Positions 1 through 12,755 of a stretch of 64,000 bases of DNA are shown piece by piece. The translations under genes were made by a program, and so were the position numbers. Within the stretch, counting starts at the first letter, position 1; every line of letters starts with the position of its first letter. The DNA comes from Balanoglossus misakiensis (taxonomy: Eukaryota > Animalia > Hemichordata): assembly GCA_040954595.2 (NCBI GenBank), contig CM082580.2, positions 1,726,783 through 1,790,782 on the forward strand. Direction: 5' to 3'. Under the pieces are notes generated by a model that did no database searches, was not told the DNA's origin, and was given only the letters and a program-made list of their open reading frames with translations.

Positions 1-641
1 GCATCATTGTATAAGTGGTATAAGTCCATGGTGCCAGTAAGAATTGGGGTAGGTCTTGTAATTGGAACAGTGCATGGGGGGGGGGGGGGCTGTTATGTGC
101 ACAGTATATGTTGTTGCAGACATTTGAATGAAATATGAAATAGCAAGAAATAGTGGGTGCATTTGTGCGACTCAATTTGTTACTATTATTTTGCAGAAGC
201 TGAGAAAACACGCCAGTGCTGTGTACACACCTGTGCATCAAAAGGCTTCTCTGAGGATAGTCATTACACGCCCAAACGAGGGTAAATCATTCCCAGGGCA
301 AACTATGTAAGTGTCAGTTCTTCATGTAAGCACGCCATCGCTCACACTTCTGCATCCCCCCAGTCCACGTCAGTATATACATGCATAATACACCCCTTCT
401 CTTTAGTACCTCATGTTATCCCATGCTTGCATTTTAATACACAGTTTAATTATGTAAATTTGTTGCTTTTAACAGGGAAACATTTTTTTTTCTCAATGAA
501 TTTGTTGACATAGGTCATGTTTATTCTGAATGCAATCATTTAGCCTTCTCTTTGTAAGTAAGTGGGGATTGAATTTTGTGAGTACTAAATGACTTTCACA
601 CCAATGTAATAATTATTGGTACTCTTTTTAATTTCAATCAG

Positions 642-1382
642 GTGATTCTAGACGAGGGCGAGCCTCTGCCACTGCAATATGAACGGCTTTCCAACTCCAA
701 CGTAGCGATTCCATCTGCCTGGTTGAGCATAACTTTAGGTAGATGCAAGAACAAGCCGCCATCTTACGTCATAAAAAAGCTGATGGATGGGTTGTTTAAA
801 ACCCGAACAACTGAGCGGGAAGAATACCAGCGCATTTATTGGAACACCCTACCAGCATGTTGTAACGGCACTGACTTGTAAGTAAAAGGTTTCTTTAAAA
901 TGTCGAAATGATTGTATTCTATGATAATGACATTTTTTGCATGTCCCTGGAGTGAAATTCTTTGATTGGCTATCCCATATTCACTGGATTCAAAATAAAT
1001 ATCATTATAATGGTGCATCTCATCCTTATACATTTCATTTTATTTGTTCTGACCATCTACTACAAATACACTCGATGAAATTTATCAGTTAGGTCAACAG
1101 TTTTTGTACCTGAATGATATTAAGTTTTTTTCCTGAATTTTAGTTGAATTGTGTGACTTCCGGTTGGTGGAAATTACTCGTATTGGGCAACTGCATATGT
1201 AACAATTATGCTTGGCAATCTTCTCCTTATTACTGCATGGTGTAACTGATATGTGTTTATTCTTCTCTTTTTCAGTATTTGGTGTCAACAAACTGAAGAT
1301 GTCAACAAAAGAGCTGATCCATGCATTCAACGCGAAATGCGCCACATGCAAACGGGCTGTCTTAAATAAAAACAGAGTGTAG
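642..1382 (+). pseudogene. BEN-domain-like gene, last two exons (642-877 and 1276-1382), with a +1 frameshift in an A-run at 798-801
   Basis: Acceptor tttcaatcAG at 640-641, donor GTAAGT at 878, acceptor ctttttcAG at 1274-1275; the phase-1 junction is compatible. Removing one A gives ...KKLMDGLFKPEQLSGKNT...VVTALT-LFGVNKLKMSTKELIHAFNAKCATCKRAVLNKNRV*, which resembles the BEN pattern (LMxxLFxxExL...NxKCxxxR). Confidence 0.55.
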
Positions 1383-1612
1383 TAGAGTAGGAAGTTTGTA
1401 GTGTAGTTTTTTATATTGGAAAAAAATTGTAGAGTAGCAAGTTTGTAGTGTAGTTTTTTTTATATAGAAAAAAAATTAGAGTAGCAAGTTGTTTGTAGTG
1501 TAGTTTTTTATATTGGAAAAACATTTTTTGCAGAGGAGCAAGTTGTGGTGTTTATATTTGTAGTGTAGCTTTTTTATTTTTTGAAAACCAATTTTTGTAG
1601 TGTGTAGTTTTA
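1376..1612. repeat. Degenerate ~55-60-bp tandem repeat (tagagtagcaagtttgtagtgtagtttttt...)
   Basis: gtagtgtagtttt recurs about five times immediately after the BEN-like stop codon. Confidence 0.7.
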
Positions 1613-2342
1613 CCATGTTGATTTTTTAGATTTCTTAACCCTGTGATTAAAATAGATTTTTTTTTAAATAAAAACTGTTAATTATAGTTTGCTTGTCTCT
1701 GAGGTTTTATGGGGGGTGGGGGTGGGTGGTTCAATGGTACCCCTAGTTAATTGTCTTGCTGCAAACTCACTGCAATGTTCAAATTTTCAAGGTGGCAATC
1801 TTGATTGCTGTGAACTCACTGCAGTATTCAAATTCCTGTGAACTCACTGCAGTATTCAAAATCTTGTTGCTGGAAGTTTGCAACAAATTTGCAAGTCCCC
1901 TAATTTGCATGGTAAAATCAGGACTGTTTGCCACTTTGCAGCAGCAGTTTGCAGTGAGTTCGCAGAATCCTGCTGCAGATTTGCGGGAGGAGTTTGCAGC
2001 AGGCCCTTTTTTCGTAAGGGATGTCCATATTATGGACATCACGAGGATGCGTCACGTTATCGACCAAACTTAGTGTAATAACCCCTTTATCATACATGAA
2101 CAGTAGCCCATAGCCAAGTGTGACAGGGCGATGCGATCAGGTGATCAACGTATAGGCCGTAGTATCATTCTAAGAGGGTTGGCAGCTTTCATTATGATGG
2201 GCACATGTGATTCAGGTCCCTCCCATCTACCTTAGCTGAGCTTGGGATCGCTTCGCCAAAGTTTATATGACAAGGGTGTTAGCCCATTCCTATCACAATA
2301 GGCTAGCTATATCGTTTATATGCCTTAATGAATTAATTAATA

Positions 2343-2404
2343 TGACTGACTGACGGACTGACTGACTGACTAACTGACTGACTCACTGAATGAATGAATG
2401 AAAG

Positions 2405-2437
<33 letters not shown>
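2343..2437. repeat. Compound microsatellite (GACT)n(GAAT)n(CAAT)n
   Basis: Read directly from the sequence. Confidence 0.9.
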
Positions 2438-2439
<2 letters not shown>

Positions 2440-3639
2440 TACCCAGACATGGCATGGAGGGATTCACCTCCTGTTGAGATGTTCGCACCCCCTAGCAAAT
2501 TGTCACAGGTGGGGTGGTCAGTGGCCCTTAAAATGATGTCACTCACATGATAGAGATATTAATTACATAACCCCTTACAGAGTGTGCTCTATTTATAGTC
2601 TGCACTATATACAGGTAAATGTGTAATGATATTTCAATAACTTTTGGAATCACAGGTCAGTAGAAAGGTTGATTGAACAAAAGGTTTTGAAATTCGTTCA
2701 CCTTGTATTGGAACAGCTCTTACAGACATCACAACATCATTCAACGCTAAATCTTCGTAACTTTTACATACTGTTAATATAAATATAATTATTTTTCTTT
2801 AAATTCATCCAAATATTACAATGTTTCTAGCAATTTCATAGCTGTATTATAGTTATTAAGATAATACTGTGTGTATGATATATACTTTGTGGATAGGATA
2901 CAGATCTTTGCTTATTACCAAGAATATAACACCATGTGTTTGGATTTTAAATGCAGTTCGGAGCTGACTGTGTTGCATTTTGACTGCAAAATTAAAATAT
3001 TTAGTTACATTTCCTTGCATTTAGTGTTGAAAATGTCACTTTCAGCTTTAAAATGAGCACTGATATCTATGGAACTAGAAGAATTGTGCTTTCTATTCTA
3101 CAACATACAACATTTACATTTAATCAAACAACAGGATGATATTTGACAGTCAATCAATAAATATAACATACGTGTGAGTTGCATGTACAAAACTAGACAC
3201 ATGTATGTATGTGATATTTAAAGGGACATTAACTGTTACACATGCTCTACACAGAACTCCACTTGTCAGCATAACCTGTATGTGTGTAACGGCTATTGAA
3301 ATGAATTCTAGTCCAGACTTGAATTCAAATTCACAATAACAATACTGAACAGACACACCTATATTTCATCATGATTCAGGGATCTGAAGAAGACACTGCA
3401 GTAAATACTTAAAACAAAAATACTGAAAACAAAGTGAAAAGTTACAGCTAATGAAGCTTTAACTATGTTCAGAAACAAGTAGAACAGGCAATCAAAACAC
3501 ATTATAAACATTGAGAAAAACACCCAAAGTTACATGTACTACCGGTATCTATGAGGGCCCGTTCTGGTCAAAATTGTAGTTTATTAATAAAACATGTTAG
3601 AATTAATTTTACCAGTATATAGAATTATTTTTTATGTGC

Positions 3640-5153
3640 TTTAATTATTTTTTTGTAGTCATGCAGAATTAATTTTATGTGTTCTAAATAATTATTTTAG
3701 CTTATCTTTGTTAGAAATAATTCTGCCAACATCTCGAATTATTTTTATGTGTAGACTCGAATTAATTTCACGTGTTGTGTCGAATTAATTTCACGTTGTC
3801 AAATAATATTGCCCTTACAATCCTTTGCGCGTAAATCAAGATGGCGGCGGCTGAGCATGTCTTTCTCGCCGCATAAAGTTAAAAAAGGGGCCGTTGTACA
3901 AGTTGTGAAACGTTTTGGGGCGATTTGCTGTCCAATATAAATGCAGTGTGCTCGAAAACGGCGATCGGTCCACGAGTTTTGGTCTACAGACAGAATTTTC
4001 TAGTCAAACCACTCAAAACCACTACCAGTTGGTGTAATCGCCAGCCTTGCTATGGTATAGCCCAGCTCTGCGTACAGTGTTCTTGGCGTGGAGGCCGTGT
4101 CATGGCGGGAACACACAGACCTGTACACAGAGCAAGCTGTTGCCCCGCGTTGCCAATTCGCCTTGATTGAATAAATTTTGACATCTGAACATACAAAAAT
4201 TGTGTTAATTTGTTATTTTCAGAACTAAGAAATAGCTGTAGGGCCCAGATCCCAGGAAACGGCGAATAAAATATTCCTTAAAATTTCCTTGTAAACTCAA
4301 GTTTTGTTTAAATAAATTTAAATAAAAAAGACAAAGTCTCTCTCTACATAACCATATTTAATGATAGCTTGCATTCTAGATTTACAACTGATAAGATAGG
4401 GTGTGGGGCATAGATAGTAAAGGGGCAGACCCCGTAGTCTCCACCTCCTCTGTAGGCTGCATTCACAAACACCATTGGAGGGTGGGGGGGGGGGGGGGTG
4501 GGCGAGAGAATTAAAAAATTTTACCGCTAATTTTCACATGCCCCCCCCCCCTCCCCCCGACACAACCCGAAATATTTACAAATCCCCCTTCCGAACTGCC
4601 AAAATTTTAAACACCCTCCCCCTCCATTTTCTTTCACAGAGCAAAACACATCACCTATCTATCTTGTAAAAGATGATATTAATTCGACACTACACCTGTA
4701 ATTAATTCAAGTCTACACGTAAAAAGAATTCGATATGTTGGCAAAATTATTTCTAACAAAGATAAGCTAAAATAATTATTTAGAACACATAAAATTAATT
4801 CTGCATGACTACAAAAAATAATTAAAAACATTGAATTCCCCCCAAAACGTCTCACAACTTGTACAACGGCCCCTTTTTCGAACTTTATGCGGCGAGAAAG
4901 ACATGCTCAGCCGCCGCCATCTTGATTTAAGCGCAAAGGATTGTGGGGGCAATATTAATTTGACACAATGTAAAATTAATTCGACACAACACGTGAAATT
5001 AATTCGACAAAACACGTGATATTAATTCGACACTACACCTGAAATTAATTCGAGTCTACACGTAAAAATAATTCGAGATGTTGGCAAAATTATTTCCAAC
5101 AAAGATAAGCTAAAATAATTATTTAGAACACATAAAATTAATTCTGCATGACT
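3640..5153. mobile_element. Non-autonomous repeat present as inverted arms: ~3640-3925 versus ~4831-5153, plus a partial extra copy at ~4675-4830
   Basis: caagatggcggcggctgagcatgtctttctcgccgcataaagtt (~3836) is the reverse complement of aactttatgcggcgagaaagacatgctcagccgccgccatcttg (~4881). The flanking aattaattcgac sub-repeats also mirror each other. Confidence 0.75.
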
Positions 5154-6778
5154 ACATGTCGGTCTCTGGCCCATGGACTATAACCAAACAATGATAGTCC
5201 CAAATAAAGCCAAGCCATCAACTCCAATTTTGGTTTATTGGTGATGTTTTCTGCGATCATGCTGGATGCAATGCGGATATAATAAAACTACTCTGTGAAA
5301 AATATGTTTGTTTACAAATTTGTTCACCTTTGTGGGTATATTGAACAGAAAGGGTTACTCCCCTTAACCTCTCAACAAACAAACAATCTTGACAATATTT
5401 GTAAACATACATATTTTTGTCACACATTTTTATATTAAACAAACACACACACACACTGCAAAGCAGGAGGAAGAGCTCCCTGTGGTCTTCCCACAAACGT
5501 TGGAATCACACTGCAGTGGTCGCCTGATTCAACCAGTAAAGGTCACATAAGGTCATCAATTGTTGTCGGTTTTCTGGTTGAATATTCTCTGAAAGCACGC
5601 CTTAACATTGATATTTTGCAATTGGTGTCAATAGTAATGAACTTTAAATAATGGAGCATCACTCGGCCCCAGTTACTAAGTTGCGATAGGGCGAAATCAA
5701 CAGCGGAAACTGATTGTCGATCGTCCATGTCTCAAGCTTACCTTGTTTACGGACTGAATCAGGGGACTACAGTAACGTTATCGCGATGAATGTGATTCTA
5801 CCCACACATTAAGTCGTGAAAACTATCAGTGATATCTTAAAACACACTAAATACTGTAATGTTTCAATACTCACTCCGCCAAATCTGTATATAGGAATAA
5901 TGATGGTGGACAGTGTGGGGGGCCTGAACCCATGACTTGCAGAAAACAGCTGGTACTTGCTCGCTCCTTGGCTTTGCATGTTTTCCGCTATTCTTTCAGA
6001 GAAATATGACACCGTCCTGGATGTGTAACAAACACTGGCCAACTAACGTCCATAGAAAAGGCGACATTGGAGTTGACGACAGAAAAAACTGGCAGATTCT
6101 CTAGCCTGCGTGTCACACATGTGTTTACAACGAAGACACAGAACTGGTCAAAGGAAACGGGTCGAAGGTCAGCAACAGCGCCCTCTTGGGGTATATTCTG
6201 CGGAACTTTTGAAAGTTCCCGATCTCGTATCCTAAGGACGCCAGCAGAATTTCCTGCGGCATTTTAATTCTCATTCAAATATGAAAGAAACAAAACTAAC
6301 CCGGTGTGAATTAGTTGGTTTAAAGGGGAGTTGGGGCAGGGTCTTCTTTCGGTAGTTTTGACCCCCAATAAGGCCTATTTACGGAGAGGATCTCTTATTC
6401 TTCAAATTTATTAATGGAAGTCGCGTATATGGGTAAGGGACCATTCAGTTTTTACGGCCGGGTGGGGCGGCAAAATCCAGGGGGGGGGGGGTCACTTAAA
6501 TTTTGAAGTCCGAAAGTGGGGGTAATCTTTTTTTTTTAAACGTTTAGGGGGTCACATACTTTTGCCGCAAAACTTTTGCTTTGAGTCCACAAAATTGCAG
6601 TTTCGCGCCCTTAATTTTACAAGATTTTCTAATATGGGAGGGGGACACCCCATCCCACACCCACCCCTCCATTCTTCGCTACATTTCATTTATTGCCTGG
6701 TTTGTCTAGTGTACAAGGGCAGACTACTTGCCACACCACCACACCGATGCTTACTTTGAGTGGAGTGGCAAAAGTAAA

Positions 6779-9700
6779 ATGCGCAGAACACATAGATAGG
6801 CCTATGCGCATAAGAACGTTTTCCACTAGACTCTGTGGATCGACGGATAGTTCCAAAATGCCCATGGTTGCTTCCAAACAACCTCGTTTGTTTACCGAAT
6901 TCTGTTGTGAGGCACATAACACATAGATAGGCCTATGTGCATAAGAAAGTTTTCCACTAGACTCTGTAGATCGAGAGATAGTTCTAAAATATCCATGGTT
7001 GCCTCAAAACACAGCCTCGTTTGTTTACAAAAATCTGTTGTGATGCGCAGAACACATAGATAGGCCTATGCGCATAAGAACGTTTTCCACTAGACCTTTT
7101 AGATCGACGGATAGTTCTAAAATTTCCATGGTTGTTTCCAAACAGCCTCGTTTATTTACCGATTTCTGTTGTGAGGCGCTGAACACATAGATAGGCCTAT
7201 GCGCATAAGAAAGTTTTCCACTAGACGCTGAAGATCGACGGATAGTTCTAAAATTTCCATGGTTGCTTCCAAACAGCCTCGTTTATTTACCGATTTCTGT
7301 TGTGAGGCGCAGAACACATGATAGGCCCATGCTCATAAGAAATTTTTCCACTAGACTGTGTAGATCGAGAGATAGTTCAAAAATTTCCGTGGTTGCTTCC
7401 AAACAGCCTCGTTTGTTTACAAAATTATTTTGTGATGCGCAGAACACATAGATAGGCCTATGCGCAAAAGAACGTTTTCCACTAGACTCTGTAGATCGAT
7501 GGATAGTTCTAAAATTTACATGGGTGCTTCTAAACAGCCTCGTTTATTTACCGATTTCTGTTGTGAGGCGCTGAACACATGATAGGCCTATACGCATAAG
7601 AAAGTTTTCCACTATACTCTGTAGATCGACGGATAGTTGTAAAATTTCAATGGTTGCTTCCAAACAGCCTCGTTTATTTACCGAATTCTGTTGTGATGCG
7701 CAGAACACATGATAGGACTATGCGCATAAGAAATTTTTCCACTAGACTCTGTAGATCGACGGGTAGTTCTAAAATTTCCATAGTTGCTTCCAAACAGCCT
7801 CGTTTATTTACGGAATTCTGTTGTGAGGCGCAGAACACGTAATAGGCCTATGCGCATTAGAAAGTTTTCCACAGGACTCTGTAGATCGACGGATAGTTGT
7901 AAAATGTCCATGGTTGCTTCCAAATACAGCCTCGTTTATTTACCGATTTCTGTTGTGATGCGCATAACATATATATAGGCCTATGCGCAAAAGAACGTTT
8001 TCCACTAGACTCTGTAGATCGACGGATAGCTGTAAAATTTCCATGTTTGCTTGCAAACAGCCTTGTTTATTTACGGAATTCTGTTTTGAGGCGCAGAACA
8101 CATGATAGGCCTATGCGCATACGACATTTTTCCACTAGACTCTGTAGATCGACGGATAGTTGTAAAATTTCCATGGTTGCTTCCAAACAACCTCGTTTGT
8201 TTACCGAATTCTGTTGTGATGCGCAGAACACATATATAGGCCTATGCGCATAAGAACGTTTTCCACTAGACTCTGTAGATCGACGGATAGTTGTAAAATG
8301 TTCATGGTTGCTTCCAAATACAGCCTCGTTTATTTACCGATTTCTGTTGTGATGCGCATAACACATAGATAGGCCTATGCGCATTATAACGTTTTCCACT
8401 AGACTCTGTAGATCGACGGATAGTTGTAAAATTTCCATGGTTGCTTCCAAACAGCCTCGTTTATTTACCGAATTCTGTTGTTAGGCGCAGAACACGTTAT
8501 AGGCCTATGCGCATAAGAAAGTTTTCCACCAGACTCTGTAGATCGACGGATTTTTGTAAAATTTCCATGGTTGCTTCCAAACAGCCTCGTTTATTTACCG
8601 AATTCTGTTGTTAGGCGCAGAACACGTTATAGGCCTATGCGCATAAGAAAGTTTTCCACCAGACTCTGTAGATGGACTGATAGTTGTAAAATTTCCATGG
8701 TTGCTTCCAAACAGCCTCGTTTATTTACTGATTTCTGTTGTGAGGCGCAGAACACATGATAGGCCAATGCGCATAAGACATTTTTCCACTAGACTCTGTA
8801 GATCGACGGATAGTTGTAAAATTTCCATGGTTGCTTCCAAACAACCTCGTTTGTTTACGAATTCTGTTGTGATGCGCAGAACACATATATAGGGCTATGC
8901 GCATAAGAAAGTTTTCCACCAGACTCCGTAGATCGACGGATAGTTGTAAAATTTCCATGGTTGCTTCCAAACAGCCTCGTTTATTTACCGAATTCTGTTG
9001 TGAGGCGCAGAACACATAGATAGGCATATGTGCATAAGAAAGTTTTCCACTATAGACTCTGTAGATCGAGAGATAGTTCTAAAATGTCCATGGTTGCTAC
9101 CAAACACAGCCTCGTTTGTTTACAAAATTCTGTTGTGATGCGCAGAACACATAGATAGGCCTATGCGCATATGAACGTTTTCCACCATACACTGTAGATC
9201 GAGAGATAGTTCTAAAACTTCCATGTTTGCTTCCAAACAGCCTCGTTTATTTGCGGAATTCTGTTTTGAGGCGCAGAACACATAGATAGGCATATGTGAA
9301 TAAGAAAGTTTTCCACTATAGACTCTGTAGATCGAGAGATAGTTGTAAAATTTCCATGGTTGCTTCCAAACAGCCTCGTTTATTTACCGATTTCTGTTGT
9401 GAGGCGCAGAACACATAGATAGGCCTATGCGCATAAAAAACTTTTCAACTTTAGATCAACGGATAGTTCTAAAATTTCCATGGTTGTTTCCAAACAGCCT
9501 CGTTTATTTACCGAATTCTGTTGTGATGCGTAGAACACATACATATGCCTATGCGCATAAGAAAGTTTTCCACTAGACTCCGTAGATCGACGAATAGTTC
9601 TAAAATGTCCATGGTTGCTTCCAAACAAAGCCTGGTTTGTTTACAAAATTCTGTTGTGATGCGCAGAACACATAGATAGGCCTATGCGCATATGAACGTT

Positions 9701-10990
9701 TTCCACTATACTCTGTAGATCGAGAGATAGTTCTAAAATTTCCATGTTTGCTTCCAAACAGCCTCGTTTATTTACGGAATTCTGTTTTGAGGCGCAGAAC
9801 ACATAGATAGGCATATGTGCATAAGAAAGTTTTCCACTATAGACTCTGTAGATCGAGAGATAGTTCTAAAATGTCCATGGTTGCTTCCAAACACAGCCTC
9901 GTTTGTTTACAAAATTCTGTTGTGATGCGCAGAACACATATATAGGCCTATGCGCATAATAACGTTTTCCACTAGACTCTGTAGATCGACGGATAGTTGT
10001 AAAATTTCCATGGTTGCTTCCAAACAGCCTCGTTTATTTACCGAATTCTGTTGTAAGGCACAGAACACATAGATAGGCCTATGTGCATAAGAAAGTTTTC
10101 CACTATAGACTCTGTAGATCGAGAGATAGTTCTAAAATGTCCATGGTTGCTTCCAAACACAGCCTCGTTTGTTTACAAAATTCTGTTGTGATGCGCAGAA
10201 CACATATATAGGCCTATGCGCATAATAACGTTTTCCACTAGACTCTGTAGATCGACGGATAGTTGTAAAATTTCCATGGTTGCTTCCAAACAGCCTCGTT
10301 TATTTACCGAATTCTGTTGTGAGGCGCAGAACACATAGATAGGCATATGTGCATAAGAAAGTTTTCCACTATAGACTCTGTAGATCGAGAGATAGTTCTA
10401 AAATGTCCATGGTTGCTACCAAACACAGCCTCGTTTGTTTACAAAATTCTGTTGTGATGCGCAGAACACATATATAGGCCTATGCGCATAAGAACGTTTC
10501 CACTAGACTCTGTAGATCGACGGATAGTTGTAAAATTTCCATGGTTGCTTCCAAACAGCCTCGTTTATTTACCGAATTATGTTGTGAGGCGCAGAACACG
10601 TGATAGGCCTATGCGCATTAGAAAGTTTTCCACTAGACTCTGTAGATCGAGAGATAGTTCTAAAATTTCCAAGGTTGCTTCCAAACACAGTCTCGTTTGT
10701 TTACAAAAGTCTGCAGTGATGCGCAGAACACATGATAGGCCTATGCGCATAAGAAACTTTTTCACTGTAGATCGACGGATAGTTCTAAAATTTCCATAGA
10801 CTCTGTAGATCGAGAGATAGTTCTAAAATTTCCATGGTTGCTTCCAAACACAGCCTCGTTTGTTTACAAAATTCTTTTGTGATGCGCAGAACACATAGCT
10901 AGGCCTATGCGCATAAGAAAGTTTTCCACTAGACTCTGTAGATCGACGGATAGTTCTAAAATGTCCATGGTTGATTTCAAACAGCCTTGT
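6779..10990. repeat. ~131-bp satellite, block 1
   Basis: Tandem monomers of 130-135 bp: aacacatagataggcctatgcgcataagaacgttttccactagactctgtagatcgacggatagttctaaaatttccatggttgcttccaaacagcctcgtttatttaccgaattctgttgtgaggcgcag. Confidence 0.97.
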
Positions 10991-12755
10991 TAGGTCCCAT
11001 TGGTATAGGCCTATATACCATGGGACCTTATGGGATGGGTTGCGTCTGTATGTATGTATGGATGGATGGATGTATGGATGTATGGATGTATGGATGTATG
11101 GATGTATGTCCGTCCACATCAAAAACTTGAAAACCGCTGCGCGTATCACCTCAATATTTGGTGTGTAGGTGCAGGCTGGGCTGTAGATGGGAGTTTGTCC
11201 AAACGAAGTTGCCAGGCCCAAAAATATGCAAATTAGCTTGTAAAATGTGAAATTGATCAAAACTCTGTAACTCAACAATTACTGGTCAGATTGCTTTGAA
11301 AATTGATATGTATGTACCTTATGTCAACCTCACACCGACCTGTAAGTGTTAAGTTGATATCATGGATGTTTTATTTTTTATGAATTTTTTAGTCTTTTTA
11401 TTAAATTTATACCTTTACTTATACCTCTATGGTTAAGCTATGTCCACGTCTTATTGTGGAATTCTGGTCTGTGCAATAGTCCTGTACAGTGACTGTCTAT
11501 TGGCCAGTGAGCACAATGGGGCCAAAATAAAAGGCAAATTTTTGGGCTCACCTGTAACACCTGCTTAACACATTAATTATGTGCATACCTAATTCCGGGC
11601 TAATTAATAGGGCTAGAGGTTTCGTTCTTGTGGGACATGGACCAGTATAGGGTCAAAATTTCTTGCCCAAATTTTGGGTGACCTCAGGTGACCTTTGACC
11701 TACTTTTCCATATCTTGGCATCCAGAGCAGGTACAGACTTGGCGTTTGGAGGATTGGCACTAAAATTGAGAAGCCAAAATTGGGGGTCACCTGTGACACC
11801 TGCATATCTCATTAATTATGTGCATACCTAATTCCAGGCTAACCAATAAGGCTATAGGTTTGGTTTTTGTTGAACATGGACCAGTATAGGGTCAAAATTT
11901 CTTGCCCAAATTTTGCATGACCTCAGGTGACCTTTGACCTACTTTTCCATATCTTGGCATCCAGAGCAGGTACAGACTTGGCGTTTGGAGGATTGGCACT
12001 AAAATTGAGAAGCCAAAATTGGGGTCACCTGTGACACCTGCATATCTCATTAATTATGTGCATACCTAATTCCAGGCTAACCAATAAGGCTATAGGTTTG
12101 GTTTTTGTTGAACATGGACCAGTATAGGGTCAAAATTTCTTGCCCAAATTTTGCATGACCTCAGGTGACCTTTGACCTACTTTTCCATATCTTGGCATCC
12201 AGAGCAGGTACAGACTTGGCGTTTGGAGGATTGGCACTAAAATTGAGAAGCCAAAATTGGGGGTCACCTGTGACACCTGCATATCTCATTAATTATGTGC
12301 ATACCTAATTCCAGGCTAACCAATAAGGCTACAGGTTTGGTTTTTGTTGAACATGGACCAGTATAGGGTCAAAATTTCTTACCCAAATTTTGCATGACCT
12401 CAGGTGACCTTTGACCTACTTTTCCATATCTTGGCATCCAGAGCAGGTACAGACTTGGCGTTTGGAGGATTGGCACTAAAATTGAGAAGCCAAAATTGGG
12501 GGTCACCTGTGACACCTGCATATCTCATTAATTATGTGCATACCTAATTCCAGGCTAACCAATAAGGCTATAGGTTTGGTTTTTGTTGAACATGGACCAG
12601 TATAGGGTCAAAATTTCTTGCCCAAATTTTGCATGACCTCAGGTGACCTTTTACCTACTTTTCCATATCTTGGCATCCAGAGCAGATATGCTTATTGCTA
12701 TGTTGCTATGTGCTATGTCCTCAAATGGGACCACAGTGTCCTTGACGCTATTTTT
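10991..12755 (+). mobile_element. Helentron-associated non-autonomous element (HINE/DINE-1-like) inserted in the satellite
   Basis: 5' hairpin aggtcccat(t)ggtata-ggcc-tatataccatgggacct at 10992-11028; (TGTA/TGGA)n microsatellite; internal 238-bp repeats; 3' subterminal IR atgggacc at 12725-12732; short hairpin agtgtc-ctt-gacgct; T-run. Inserted into a T-run of the monomer (gcct[c/t]gtt|tatttaccg) with no clear TSD. Confidence 0.8.
11546..12684. repeat. 238-239-bp tandem repeat inside the HINE (~4.8 copies)
   Basis: cacctgtgacacctgcatatctcattaattatgtgcatacc recurs near 11788, 12026, 12265 and 12504. Confidence 0.93.

Noticed and set aside
5460-5728. Possible RecQ-like helicase N-terminus (SAVDFALSQLS...)
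   Set aside because: No recognisable Walker A (PTGxGKS) or other helicase motif; the resemblance is too weak.
6176-6191. CTCF-like motif cagcgccctcttgggg
   Set aside because: A single imperfect match is expected by chance in 64 kb and has no supporting context.
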